The position numbers and the translations under genes were made by a program. A DNA stretch of 63,962 bases, filler included, from Reclinomonas americana ATCC 50394 (lineage: Eukaryota): assembly GCA_048213135.1 (NCBI GenBank). It is 7 parts of 3 records of this genome, joined end to end, with 100 filler letters (N's around TTAATTAATTAA, not from the genome) between each part and the next. Parts side by side here need not be neighbours in the genome. Positions count along the whole stretch, not along the records: positions 1 to 15,521 come from PS015346.1; 6 more parts are not named here. The stretch is one strand, 5' to 3'. Position 1 is the stretch's first letter. Each line of letters opens with the position of its first letter. Under the pieces are notes generated by a model. That model did not search any database. It had not been told where the DNA came from and saw only the letters and a list, made by a program, of their open reading frames with translations. Shown piece after piece: positions 1 to 12,500 of the stretch.

Positions 1-250
1 CCTCTTCTCCTCTCGTCTTCCTCGTCTCTTCCCTCGTCTCTCCCTCGTCCTCTCCTCGTCTCTCCCGTCTCTCCCTCTCTCCCTCTCTCCCGTCTCTCCC
101 GTCTCTCCCGTCTCTCCCCGTCTCTTCCCCGTCTCTTCCCCGTCTCTTCCCCGTCTCCTTCCCCGTCCTCCTTCCCCCTACTCCCTTCCCCGTCCCTTCC
201 CCCGTCCCTTCCCCCGTCCCTTCCCCCGTCCCTTCCCCCGTCCCTTCCTT
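1..250. repeat. Pyrimidine-rich degenerate tandem repeat (CCCGTCTCT / CCCCGTCCCTT units), intron interior
   Basis: Repeat units visible directly; followed by branch-like GCTCAC and CAG acceptor at 280-282. Confidence 0.85.
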
Positions 251-282
251 TCGCTCACTCTTTGCTGTCATTGTTATCGCAG

Positions 283-1918
283 CTATTCTCCGTCTCCAAG
301 CCGTTCTACTACGGCATCCTTCGCGGCCTGGGCTTGTGGGTGCCGGAGACGACACGTGTGCGCCTCTTCCTCTTCCTCACCCTGTTCCTGCTGATCTTTG
401 CGTGCTCCGGCAACATTGTCGGCATTATTCTCTTCAAGGAGAAGCAGTTTGAGAAGGTGAAGATGGGGCGTGCGCCAGTTCTCTGCGTGTACCTTGCTTC
501 TCACACCACCTTTGAGCAGTTTTACAACATTGTTCGTGTGGCATTCTTGTTTGCGTCGGTCTTTTTCGCCATCACGTATCTGCGTTGCGTTGGGGGGATT
601 CTGCGGTTCGTATGCGTGTCTCCTTGTCGTCTCATCGCTCATTTGCATGCCCAGCCTCGAAGAACTGGCGACGACTGATGCAGGAGGCGGTCTATTCCGG
701 TGCGTCGTCGTCCTTCAGCTTGCCTTCCCCTGACCTTGTGCTCACTTCTGCCTCTGCAGACATTGTAAAGACTCGAAGGCACCTCAACGCGTCTGTTATT
801 CTCGCCGTCGTGCTGCTGATCTTTGCTGTCGCCATTGACATGCCGGTGTGGATCTCGTACATGGAGGAGGAGGACATTTCCACGGTGTGGCTGGTGTGGC
901 TGACCATTACCGGGTGCGTTGTTCACGAGAACGCCTCTCTTTCCATCTGTTCCCATCATCGCTAACTCTCATTCCACTTGCCAGCCTCTTCTTCCACGTC
1001 TACATGGTGCGAAACGTCCTGCCACTGTTCTTGGATTTCTCTTTTTCCCCCTCCGCTCACCTTGCCGCTTGTCGCAGTCTGCTGGATCGGCCATTTTTGT
1101 GGCAGTGTGTCTGCTCAAAGTCCTCGAGTGGGACAAGATGAATGAGCGCATCGCCAAGCGGTCGGAGCATGAGTCTGAGGTGCGAGGAAAGAACGAGCTC
1201 CTGTCCCCCTCATATGCTGATCTCCTATACAGAAAACCATGATGGAACACAGTGCGCGCACTGCTGCGCTCAGTGACACCAACAAGAGGGTGGAGGTGTA
1301 TCTGGCTCTCAACTTTGTAGCCTCACTATCGCTCCTGGTCGTTGGTGCGTGTGGGAGAGAGAGCGACGAGAGGGGAAGAAACCTCACTGTCGTTTATTGC
1401 AGAGGTCTACGGCCTGGTGAGCGACTCGGCAAGTCATTTTGTGTGGTCCATGCGTTTTGCCCACACGCTGACGTTGACGATGCTGCCACTGTTGCGTGCA
1501 CCCCATCCGTCGCATCGACCGTCGTCAAGAACTCATCTTTTCTTGTCTCCCGCGAAAACAGGCTGGCCGCAGGCTATGTCACCGCGCGAGCCTCCAAGGT
1601 CAGTGCGTCATAGTGCTGTTCCGGGAGATACAGTATGCGCTCACTCTCTACTGCAGGGCCGCAAGATGATTGCCCGCATGCGTGCGCACGCCGAGACCGA
1701 GGACGGTCGGAAAGGCCTGCAAGACCTGCTGGTCTACTATATTGCCACCGACGCTGCCTTGCGTTTGGTACGTGTGGCCTCACATCACACTGCTCCCCAT
1801 CCTCCCCCTCACCCTCCCCGCACAGTTTGGCATGCGAATGGACTCGAGCTTCATCGCCAAGGTCGTGGTCATTGGATTCACCATCATCACATTTGTTTTG
1901 GCTCGTGCCTCTTCATGA
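283..1918 (+). CDS. Seven-transmembrane gustatory-receptor-like / DUF3537-like protein (7TM ion-channel superfamily), 5' end outside window
   Basis: Exons 283-456, 520-583, 655-699, 760-913, 985-1006, 1078-1179, 1233-1344, 1403-1490, 1562-1598, 1657-1767, 1826-1918 splice (all GT-AG) into one open 333-aa frame with 7 hydrophobic segments, N-terminal YYGILRGLGLW and C-terminal LQDLLVYYIATDAALRLFGMRMDSSFIAKVVVIGFTIITFVL. Confidence 0.75.
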
Positions 1919-1953
1919 AATCACCTTAATGCAAAGTCGCTGTCGCGGCTACC

Positions 1954-4900
1954 CTATACACGTTGGCCGCTAAAGATAAGGAGAAGCGCAGACGCCAGCG
2001 CTAGAAGACTGGCAAATATCTGCAGGGAGAGGTGCCAGTGAGTCGAGAGCCAAACCTTTCCCACCCAACTCCCATCCCACAGTTCATCACTCACCCAGAA
2101 CTGCCTCTCGCGTTCCACCACGTATTGCCGGTGTGACTGACGCTCCTGCAACAAGCGCGTCTCCGTCTGCTTTACCACGCCAGCCACCTGATCCAACAAA
2201 TCGCAGTCGAGTGCCACACGCTGTGTACGGAACGCCTCGTCGACGGAACCCATTCGCTCACGAAGGCGGTCCAGGTCGTGACGCAGATGATCGCGCTCCT
2301 CACCGACGGCGGCGAGATTGCGGTCGACTTCTCCCTTGTCCGCAATCAGTTGAGCATGCTGTTGCTTCATATTATCAAACTGGCTGCGTGCTTCCCGTTG
2401 ACTAGCCTCCGCGTTCCGTTTGTCGCCTTCGAGACGTTCAACGTGCTTCTGTGCCTCACGGGCAGCAGCCTCCGCCTTGGCCACTTGATCCGCCAGCTGC
2501 CGTCTCAGGTCTTGCTCACTCGTCTGCAGAGTCGCGGCGGTGCGGAGATCACGATCCATCTGCTGCAGGCGTGCGTCGACACGCTCGAATTCTGCCTGCG
2601 CCTTCTCGGCGGTTTCACGCGCCGCGGCCAGTTCGGCCTCGAGTTCCCCGATACGTCGGTTGAGAGTTTCGACCTGCGCCGCCTCTAGTAGGACACGCTC
2701 GGCGCTCTCCAGGAGCTGCTTCTCGAGGGCCGCCACACGGGCCGCCATCTCCTCCAGCCGCCGAGCGTCCTCCTTCACCTTCCGCTCCGCCTCTGCATGC
2801 TGGCGGCTCGCCTTGCCAGCCGCAGCGTGTGCGTCGGCGTGTGCCTTGCGCAGCTGGTCGTTGAGCTCGTTGATCTGCTGCTCCAGCTCCGCGACATGCT
2901 TACGCTGCGCCTCGTCACCACTCGAATTCTTGATCGCTGACACGGCAGCCACCGTGGCTGTCTCGGTCAGGACGGCTGCAAATCGCTCCTGCTCCTTGGT
3001 CAGCTGGGCCATCGCCTCACGCACGCGGCTTTCGGCCTCCGCCTTGGCCGCCTCCACCTCCCGTTGCGCGCTGAGCACCTTTTGCTGAACCTCGAGCAAC
3101 TCCTCCGCATGCTGCTTGGTGAGCGACCGCACAGTGCTCTCCTTAAGTACGGTGGCCTCCTCCACCTGCTGTCGCAACACTTGAACCCGCTGGTGCTCGT
3201 CGGCAAAGTTGTTCTGCGCGTCGATGAGCTGGTTCTGAGCATCGGCCAGCTGCTCGGCGGCGCTGCTGGCCTTCTTCTGCGCCTCGGCGACTTGCTTGTG
3301 AGCGTCCTCCAGTTCATGGCGTGCGTGCCTCAAGTCGGCATCGACACGTTCGAGATCGCGCGCCGCCTGCGCCAGTTTGGTGCTGACCGTGTCAATCTCC
3401 GCCAGACGCGAGGTGCTGCCGGCCCTCAACACCACCAACTCCTCCCTGGCCTCGCGCAACTGCGAGTGCGCATCGGCCAACTCCGCCTGCGCCTGCTCTG
3501 ATGCGTGTGATGATGGCGCCGCTGGGGACGCGGTTGACGAAGATGATGATGATGACAGCTCGTCGACTTGCGACCTCAGCGCATTGACCTTGTCCTGTTC
3601 CTCCTGCAGTACATGCTGCAGGGCTTCCACTTGCGCAGCACGGGAAGCAATCTGACACACACGCGGACGGACGGTGAGATCAAGCGTAAGCAGAGCAACA
3701 AATAGGAGATGCACACCTCTCGCTTCAGTGCCTCCTCGCGCTCCTGGAACGCTGCCTCAGCCTCCGTCAACCGCTGCTCGCCCTCGCCTACTCGTCCCTC
3801 GGCTTGCTTGAGATCCGACTGCAGTTTCTCGCAGGCAGCCTTACTGCGAGCCAGCTGCTGCTCGACCTCAGCCAAGTGCCTTGACGTGTTGTCCTGCAAA
3901 CAAAAATGTCACACCCTTGCGCACGCCAACTGACATGACAACAACGCTCACCTTCTCCGCCTGTGCGTTGCGTGCCTGCTTCTCTGCGCGTTCCAGATGG
4001 GCGCTCTTGACGCGCAACTCGTCCGCTTGGTCCGCCTTCGACTTTTTCACCTGGTCCAGTTCGCCTTCCAGCTGCTTCACTCGCTGCTGCAACGCCTCCA
4101 GATCCTGCTTTCTGGTCGCCGCCTCCTCTACTCCCTTCGTCTCCGAGTCGATCTGCAGTTGCTGAAGTTTGCTAAACTTGTGCTGCTCCTCTGACAGCTT
4201 CCGTTGCAGCCGCTCCACAGTCGACGCATTGTCGGACTCCACCGAAGCCAGCGCACGACGTGCCTCCACCAGCTCACGCTCCCGCTGCTCCAGCAGCGCC
4301 GACAATTCCAAGTACTTTTTCATCGCCATCTCCAACGCCTCCGCCACTACGGACGGGTGGATCATCGGATTAGTAACAACACAACAAACGAGTTGGCTTC
4401 AGCAAGTCGCACCTTCAGCCGGCACGGGCTGGTCGTCGTCGGCATCCACCATAGCAGGTGCGGTGGACGCGCCATCACAATTACCATTCTGCAGTGTGGT
4501 ATCTGTGTTCGCGAAAGATGAGCGGGCGGCGAGACGCATACTCTTGCCAAGCAATGGCACGCAACTCATCGAATCGCAAACATGATCTGCGACACAACTG
4601 TGTGAGCAGCTGCGACAATGTAACACCGAGCAACACGAGCACTCACCAACGATACGAGTGCCCAACATGGCGGAAACGTGATCCACACTTGACTGCATGT
4701 CGGACACCAGCGATTTCGGTGATGAAGGTGGCGATCTGGCACTGTCGTCAACTGCTGCTGCTGCAGAGCGAGATTCAGGAGACGCAGCGGACGCTGCGGC
4801 AGAAGCGCTCGAAGCCTTGCGTCGGTGAGCCTCGGAGACTCGCGACATGTCTTGCAGCAGTGCTGTGGCCTGTTGATATCCGGCCGACACCTGCTGTTCC

Positions 4901-6920
4901 ATCGACTGCAGGCGGCTGCGTGCGTCCTTCAGTGCCGACTGACTGGCTTCCAGCTCGCGCTCCAACTCTCGTATGCGCCCGACTGCCACCTCGGGCGTCA
5001 ATGGTGTGCCCTTGCTGTCGGATCCGGAAAACAGCTGCCGATGCACAATCAGGTTATTGACTTGTGCGTTGCGTTGGGAAGAACGAACACAGTCACGCAC
5101 CACATTCGTCGACTTGATAGGAGTTCGGAACTCATCCTGCGTCACACACACATGCACACACATATGAGCAACTCGAAGACACGCGAACACCGAGAGAGAT
5201 ACAAACGCACCGGGAAGAGACTGGATCCAGACTGAGAACTAGCGTATGCAACGCGCTGCTCACTGAGATCTTGCTCGGGGCTGGACACTTGCGACACATC
5301 GTGCGTGTGCTTTTGCAACAGCTTGTCGACGGTCGAGGAGATCTTGTCGATGCGCCTGCACGAAGATCACCGGTGAGAGGTGAGCCGAACCACTGGCAAA
5401 CGGGGATTTTGCACAGTGACGAAACGCAAGAGGTGACGACGGCAGTGGAACCACGTCGGTCAACTTGGTCACTTGGAGCAGCTTGGTGAACTTGTGGCAC
5501 AGTTTGTCCATTCGCGCAAGCAACTGCGACGAATCGTCAGCGGGCAGTCGTACAAAATGTGACGCGACACGACAAGTACTCACCCGCTCCGAGTCGGCAT
5601 CCAGCACGGACGACGACGACGAGCCCGGGGTGCCGATCGACCCGTCGAGATCCGTCACCTCCAGACCGCGACTGGACGAGTGCAAGCTGCTGTCATCGTC
5701 GGCCACAGATGTGGCCGACGACTGTGCCAGAGGCATCTCCTGGAAGTTGCTGCCGCTGCCGGGACCCCAAGTCAAATCGACAACCTCGTCCACTGCCAAT
5801 TGTGCGTGCAGCGTCTCGCGAGGGTCCATGTTCAATGCCGAATAGTCGTACATCGAAGACTGGTGCGCGTGGTGCGCAGCACCCTGCTCATCACTCGATA
5901 TGTTGAGCCACGAGAGTGATGACACACAAACACAGTGGGACACGCACAATCATCGTCATGCTTCGTGTCAGATCCGAATTCGTTTTGGTCAACTGGGCAA
6001 TTTTCTGAGATGCAGCCTCCAGCTTCTGCTGAAGACCCTCCACCACCGATTGCATCACCTCCTGCGACCCAATCTCTGTCATCTGCGATCGCTCCGTGTA
6101 CGCGGTCAGGCCGGCAACATCGGCCACCTCCTCCTGCACCCATCCATCGGCACTCCTCCCCAGCTCAGCGCTCAGCATCTGGAATTTGCTGTACAGCGAA
6201 TCCAGATCACGATCGAAACGTGAAATCGAGTGCGGCGTCCCCGGAATGCGCGGTGAGGAAGCGGTGCTGGGTGATTGCGGTGGTGTGGAGGGGAGCTGGG
6301 GGGAGAGGGAGAGGGAGCGGGAGAGGGGAGAGGGGGGAAGGGAGAGGGAGAGGCAGAGGGACAGGGAAGAGGGAGAGGGAGAGGGAAGAGGGAAGAGGGA
6401 AGAGGGAAGAGGGAGAGGGAGAGGGAAAGGGAGAGGGAAAGGGAGAGGGAGAGGGAGAGGGAGAGGGGGAGAGAGAGACAGAGAGAGAGAGAGACAGCGA
6501 GAGAGAGACAGAGACAGAGAGAGATAGACAGAGAGAGAAAGGGAGAGGGAGAGGGAGAGGGAGAGGGAGAGGGAGGGAGGGAGGGAGGGAGAGGGACACA
6601 CACACACAGAGGGATGAAGAGGGAGAGGGAGAGAGGGAGCGATTCAGTCGAAATGAGAGACACACAGAGACGCGCGCGCGCAAGAGGCACACCTCGCTGG
6701 TCGGTGTGGATCCCATCCACGAAGGAGTCGACGATCGACTGGCCAGCTCCGACAGCGTCTCACGCAGTCTTGAGATATATTTCATCGCCTCCAGAATCTG
6801 CCCGAGACTGTTCTCCAACACGTGACCGAGACGAGTGCGCGGCGATCGACCATCGCTCAAACTCGCAGTGCTCACTCCGCGTGGCAGCGAGAGAGTGGGC
6901 ACAGTCGGCGGGCGACTCAT
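1954..6920 (-). CDS. Unknown long coiled-coil protein, paralog A, Ser/Thr-Pro-rich head and C-terminal transmembrane tail
   Basis: ATG 6920 (MSRPPTVPTLSL); about 12 exons joined by GT-AG introns (e.g. 6692-6296, 5947-5884, 5583-5524, 5425-5356, 4565-4503, 2094-2020); E/Q/A/L/R/K heptad-rich rod; ends QFWIFASLLALASALLLIFSGQRV*. Confidence 0.75.
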
Positions 6921-7508
6921 TGCTGCGAAGAGATGGGAGAGAGTGCGTGTCAGCGCCTGTCATCATGCACTTCAACGTGTCAATGCCAATTGCACATGTG
7001 TGTTGGGTGTCACAGAGTGTCGCGCTTCTCTCTTCTCCCTCCCTCTCTCACCCGCTGTCGTCGATGTTGCGTCCATTGAAATCCCGACATGACACGATAA
7101 CGACGCAGAGGAACAAAGGACGAATATGCACTGACAATAGCGAGGAGGCGGAGAGAGAGGGGGGGTGCATACACACGCTGATATAACATACACATGTGCA
7201 CAGTGCAGCACAGAGAGAGAGAGAGTGCATGAAAGAGAAACTGCGCGCGGGAGAGAGACATCGCGCGCGCGCGCGAAACATACGAGACTTTCTGCGTGTG
7301 CGAGCGTTGTGCATTCTTCGCCTCACCTACAGGTGCACACTCTTTCCTTTCCGCAGTGTGAACGAGCGTACACGCGGTCGCTTCTCCGTCGTAAAAAAGG
7401 GAGGGTGGGATGGCGATCTGGGCGGGACATGCATCGACACAGGACGACGATGTCGACGGCTCTCGGTTTTTACGACGTGCAGCGTAAATCACTCGGGCTG
7501 GACACCGA

Positions 7509-8834
7509 CTACACAGCATGCGTATGCTTTTGCAGCAGCTTGTCGACAATTGATGAGATCTTGTCGATGCGCCTGCAACAACGTTAACAATCGATATCAC
7601 ACGCAGCGTACACGCGTGAGATGCGCATGCCAGAGGTGTGCTATAGCTAAAAGATCGGCAAACGGGGATTTGCACGAAACGCAAGAGGTGACGACGGCAG
7701 TGGAACCACATCGGTCAACTTGGTCACTTGGAGCAGCTTGGTGAACTTGTGGCACAGTTTGTCCATTCGCGCAAGCAACTGCGACGAATCGTCAGCGGGT
7801 AGTCTTACAAAATGTGACGCGACACGACAAGTACTCACCCGCTCCGAGTCGGCATCCAGCACGGACGACGACGACGAGCCCGGGGTGCCGATCGACTCAT
7901 CGAGATCCGTCACCTCCAGACCGCGACTGCTGCTGTCATCGTCGGCCACAGCTGTGGCCGACGACTGCGCCAGAGGCACCTCCTGAAAGTTGCCGCTGCC
8001 CCACGCCGACTTGAGCTCTGCAACCTCCTCCATCAGTTCGGCCTCCAGCGAGCCACGCGTACGCTGCGCACCGTCCATGCGCGACGCCGTGAAATCGTAC
8101 ACTGAAGACTGTCGCGCATGGTGCGCAGCACCCTGCTCATCGCTCGATATGTTGAGGCACGAGAACGAGAGAGAGAAAGAGAGAGGATACACAAACGCAG
8201 CGGGACACGTACCATCATCGACATGCTTCGTGTCAGATCCGAGTTCGTCTTGTTCAACTTGGCAATCGTCTGCGACGCGACCTCGAGCTTTTGCTGCAGA
8301 TCCTCCACCACCATCTGCATCTCATCTGGCGACTTGATCTCCGTCATCTGCGATCGCTCCGTGTACGCGGTCAGGCCGGCAACATCGGCCACCTCCTCCT
8401 GCACCCACCCATCGGCATTCCTCTCCAGCTCCGAGCTCAACATGCGGAACTTGATGTACAGCGCCTCCAGATCGCGATCGAAACGTGAAATCGAGTGCGG
8501 TGTGCCCGGAATGCGAGGCGAGTACTGCAAGGACTGCGGTGGGGTGGACGGAAGCTGAAGGAGGGAGAGCAATTCAGAGGCAACGGGAGACATATCTAGA
8601 CCGTGGTCAGATACACACCTCGCTGGTCGGTGTGGATCCCATCCACGAAGGAGTCGACGATCGACTGGCCAGCTCCGACAGCGTCTCGCGCAGCGTGGAG
8701 ATCTTGGTCATCGCCTCCAAAATCTGCCCGAGACTGTTCTCCAACACATGACCGAGACGAGTGCGTGGCGATCGACCATCGCTCAAACTCGCAGTGCTCA
8801 CTCCGCGTGGCAGCGAGAGAGTGGGGCGACTCAT
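7509..8834 (-). CDS. Truncated paralog B of the coiled-coil family (head region only); possible pseudogene
   Basis: Highly similar to A 5290-6920 with the same intron positions (8618-8555, 7680-7573); TAG at 7511-7509 where A has TCG, after which similarity decays. Confidence 0.65.
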
Positions 8835-9545
8835 TGCTGCGCTGTGATGGGAATTCGAAGAGGCAACAAGAATGCAAGTAAGCAGTACATTCGGTCGACA
8901 CGGGCATGTTCATGAGTGCAAGTCTGCGTCAGAGTGCTTCTTCTCTTCTCTATCCTGTCATTGATATTGAAGGAAATTCTGTCATCGATATGCACGGAAC
9001 ATTTCGTGCATATTCCAAAGGTTTCAAGTCACTCGCACACACGGAAAGAGCGTGTGTGTGAGAGAGATGCATTAACATGCACAGGCTCTGCACCCGAGTG
9101 CAAGCGAATTGGCATTCAGAAAGACAGAGAGCTCGAGCACCGCGTGTGGGCAGTGGGAGACATTGCAAATGCAAGAAAGTGCTAGCCCAGATATGAGACC
9201 CCGCCTGTTTCTGCCTTGTGAACTATTCACCTCAGCTGTGTTCAGGCGCTTGATGGCTCACCTCTCTTTTCCACTGTGTGTATGCGTGCACAGTCTGTTG
9301 TTTTGTTGTTGCTCGGCGTGCGGGACGCTCATCAATATAGGACCGTATCGTAGTTCCCGTTTTTTCCCTGGTTTTTACGATGCACTTTCCCTCCTTCCTC
9401 CCACCACCCCTTGTGCACAACGGCTACTGGTTCCGGATTCATTCACATTCCGTCTCCGCGCTGCTGTCTATGGTGTCCACGCATGCACCACCTCGATTCG
9501 TCATCGTCGACAGCTCTCTTCCCTCTCTCTTCTCACTTGCGCCGC

Positions 9546-12500
9546 TCATGCATGCCCGTTAGCCTGCGGAGTCACCTCCGGCTCCACCACTGGCTCCACC
9601 ACTGCCGCAGCCGTCACCGTTTCGCTCACGGGAGGCGCGACGTCGACGCTCTCCACCTGCTTCCCGTCCGCCAATTGCACCTCCAGCTCGGCGGAAAGTG
9701 CCTTGGCCTGGTTCACCTGCTCCTTGGCGGCCTTTAGCAGCGTTCCCAGTTGCTGCCGCTCGCCAAAAGCCGTGACCGCCAGTCGCGAGGCCTCGGCCAG
9801 TTGAGCACCGAGGTCGCTGATGCGCACCTCGGCTTCGTCGACGTTGAGTTTTGAGCGGCGATGCTTGACGGCGTCGAGCTGCGCTGCCACCTCCTTGCGC
9901 TCGTCGTCGGCCTTGGCCACTCGTCGGCCCGACTCCTCGGCCAGCACACCGAGCGCATCGGCGACCAGCTTGAGCTCCTTCAGCTCGTCACACGTCGTGT
10001 CCAGCCGCAGCGCCAGCTCTCGCCGCTTGTCTTCGGCATGCGAGCGCAGGCGATTGTGCTCGGCCACATGCTCCGCGACCGTCACACGCGCCTCGTGCAA
10101 CGCCTCCTGCAACTCGTTAATCTGGCGCTCCAGTTCACGCGCCCGCTCTTGCGCGTCGTCCGCCGCTGCACTGCGTCGTTCCAGCGCGGCCGCCAGCAGT
10201 GCCGAGTCCGTCACCGTCACCGCCACCACCCCTTGCCACTGATCGGTGAGCACCGTGAGATGTGCAACGCGCGCCGCCTCCTCCCGTTGCTGCGCCGTGA
10301 CCGCCTCCAGTGCCACGTCCTTGGCGCGACTGGCGTCCACCTCCACTGCCAGCGACTGTTGCAAGCGGTCAATCTCGCCAGCCAGCTCCTGCTGCCGCTG
10401 CTCCGCCATTTGCTCGCTCTGCCGCCACTGCTCCTCCACGGCTTGCAACTGGCGCGCGAGCTCGGCGCGCTCCGCCTCTGTCGCCGCCGCACACTTGTTC
10501 CGCTCGTCCAGCTCCGCTTGCAACGCCACCGCACGCCCCGTGGCGTCCTGCAGCAGTGTGACCATGCCCTTGCGCTCCTCCTCGGCAGCCGTCAGCCGCC
10601 GGTTTCCCTCTTCCACCTGCGCCAGCAGGTCGCCAACTCGGGCTTCCGTGTATCGCAGTCGAGCTGTCAGCTCGCCTCGTTCGACTCCCACGCTCTGCAA
10701 CTGCTGCTCCAGGTCGACGACTCGTGCACGCAGAGCGTCGTCCCCACCGATAGTGGACACGTCACTGGCAGTGGATCTGGACTGCGACAGCATGCTGGCA
10801 AAGTGCTCGTGCTCCGCGGCCATCTGCGCCATCGTGTCCCGCAGACGACCTTCGACCTCTGCTTTGGCCGCCTCCAGCTCCCGCTGCGCGCTGAGCACCG
10901 CCTCCAGCGCCTCGCTCTTGACGCGACCAACCTCCTGCGCCGCCACCGCCTCCTGCTCGAACTGTCGTCGCTGTTCTTCGCACGCCAACAACTGGCGTGC
11001 GAGCTCGGCACGCTCTGCTTCGGCGGCATTCGCGCCCTTGTTCCGCTCGTCGAGTTCCACCTGCAACGCCACCGCTCGAGTGGTGGCATCCTGCAGCAGC
11101 GTGACCATGCTCTTGCGCTCCTCCTCGGCGGCCGTCTGCCGCCGGTTTCCTTCCTCGACCTGCGCCAGCAAGTCGCCGACACGCGCCTCGGCGTACCGCA
11201 ATCGCGCGGTCAGCTCGCCACGCTCACTCTCGCCGGCGGTCTCTGCCGCAGCAGCGCGCTGCGCACTCTCCTCCACGGCGACCTGCAACGCACTGATGCG
11301 AGCCTCGGCCGCCTCCAGTTGAACGGCCAGGTTGACACGCGCAGTCTCCGCCGCCTCCGCACTCTTCTTCGACTCCTCCACCTCGGCCTGCGCAGCGGCC
11401 ACCTTTTCCTCCACGCCCCGCAGTTGGAGTACCAGCTGTGTGCGCTCGTTCTCAACCGACGCCGCTCGCTTGCCAGCCTCCTCGGCGTCGGCTTGTGCCG
11501 CGGCCGCCCGTCCAGTGGCGTCCTTGAGCAGCGCCACAAGCTCTTTCCTTTCATCCTCCGCGGCACTCACTCGCTTGCCGGCCTCCTGCAGCAGCGCTTG
11601 CAGCTCCGCAATGCGTGCTTGATAGTTGACTCGCTCCTCGTCCATGGCAGACAGCATGCGTCGCGCCTCTTGGACATCGGCACTCGCCAGCTTATCCGCC
11701 ACTTGCAGCTTCGCGAGCGCCGCCTCCCTATCGCTCTCCGCAGCGGCGGCCCGCGCGGCTGACTCGGCTGCGCGCGTCTCCGCATCGAGCACACGTCGCG
11801 TGAGTTCGGCACTTGTGGTTTCCGACGCACTGGCACGCTGCTTGGCATCCTGCAGCTCCGCTTGCAGCGCCGCCAACGCCACACTGGCAGCCCCTCCATC
11901 AACGCCGTCGAGTGGCGACGCTCGAGCTTCCGCATCCACCAGGCGGCGCATCATCTCCGACCGCTCGCTTTCTGCGGCGACGGCACGCTCGCTGCACTCG
12001 TCTGCTCGTGCGGCGAGCACCTGCCGCTCCATCAGCATCGCGGCCAGCTGCTTTTCGAGCTCTGCAATCTGTGCCCGACTGCGTGCTCCCTCGTCCTCCA
12101 ACTCGTGCCGCCGCTGCTCTGCCTCCGCAATGTGTCGGCTGACCTCGGCAGCGCTTTGCGCCGCATCGGCCACCGCCTTGCGCAACGCCTCCTGCAACTC
12201 GCCCAGTTGACGCTCAAACTGTCCCGCGCGGCGCTCCGAACTGGCGGCGCTTGTGGTGCTCAGCTCCTCGAGAATACGAATGTGATCCACGAGCTGCTGC
12301 ACGCCGGCACTCTCGTGACCGTGCCAGGCCTCGGCCGCCACCAGCGCCTCTCGTTTCTGCTGCGCGTCGGCGGCCGCAGCTTCCAGCTGTGCACGCAGAG
12401 CGCTCACTTCGGACTGCCAGTGTACCACCACCTCGGCATGCTCGCCAACCAGCTTGCGCGTAGAAGCTTCGTGGCGCGAATCTGCCTCGGCCACTTGCAC

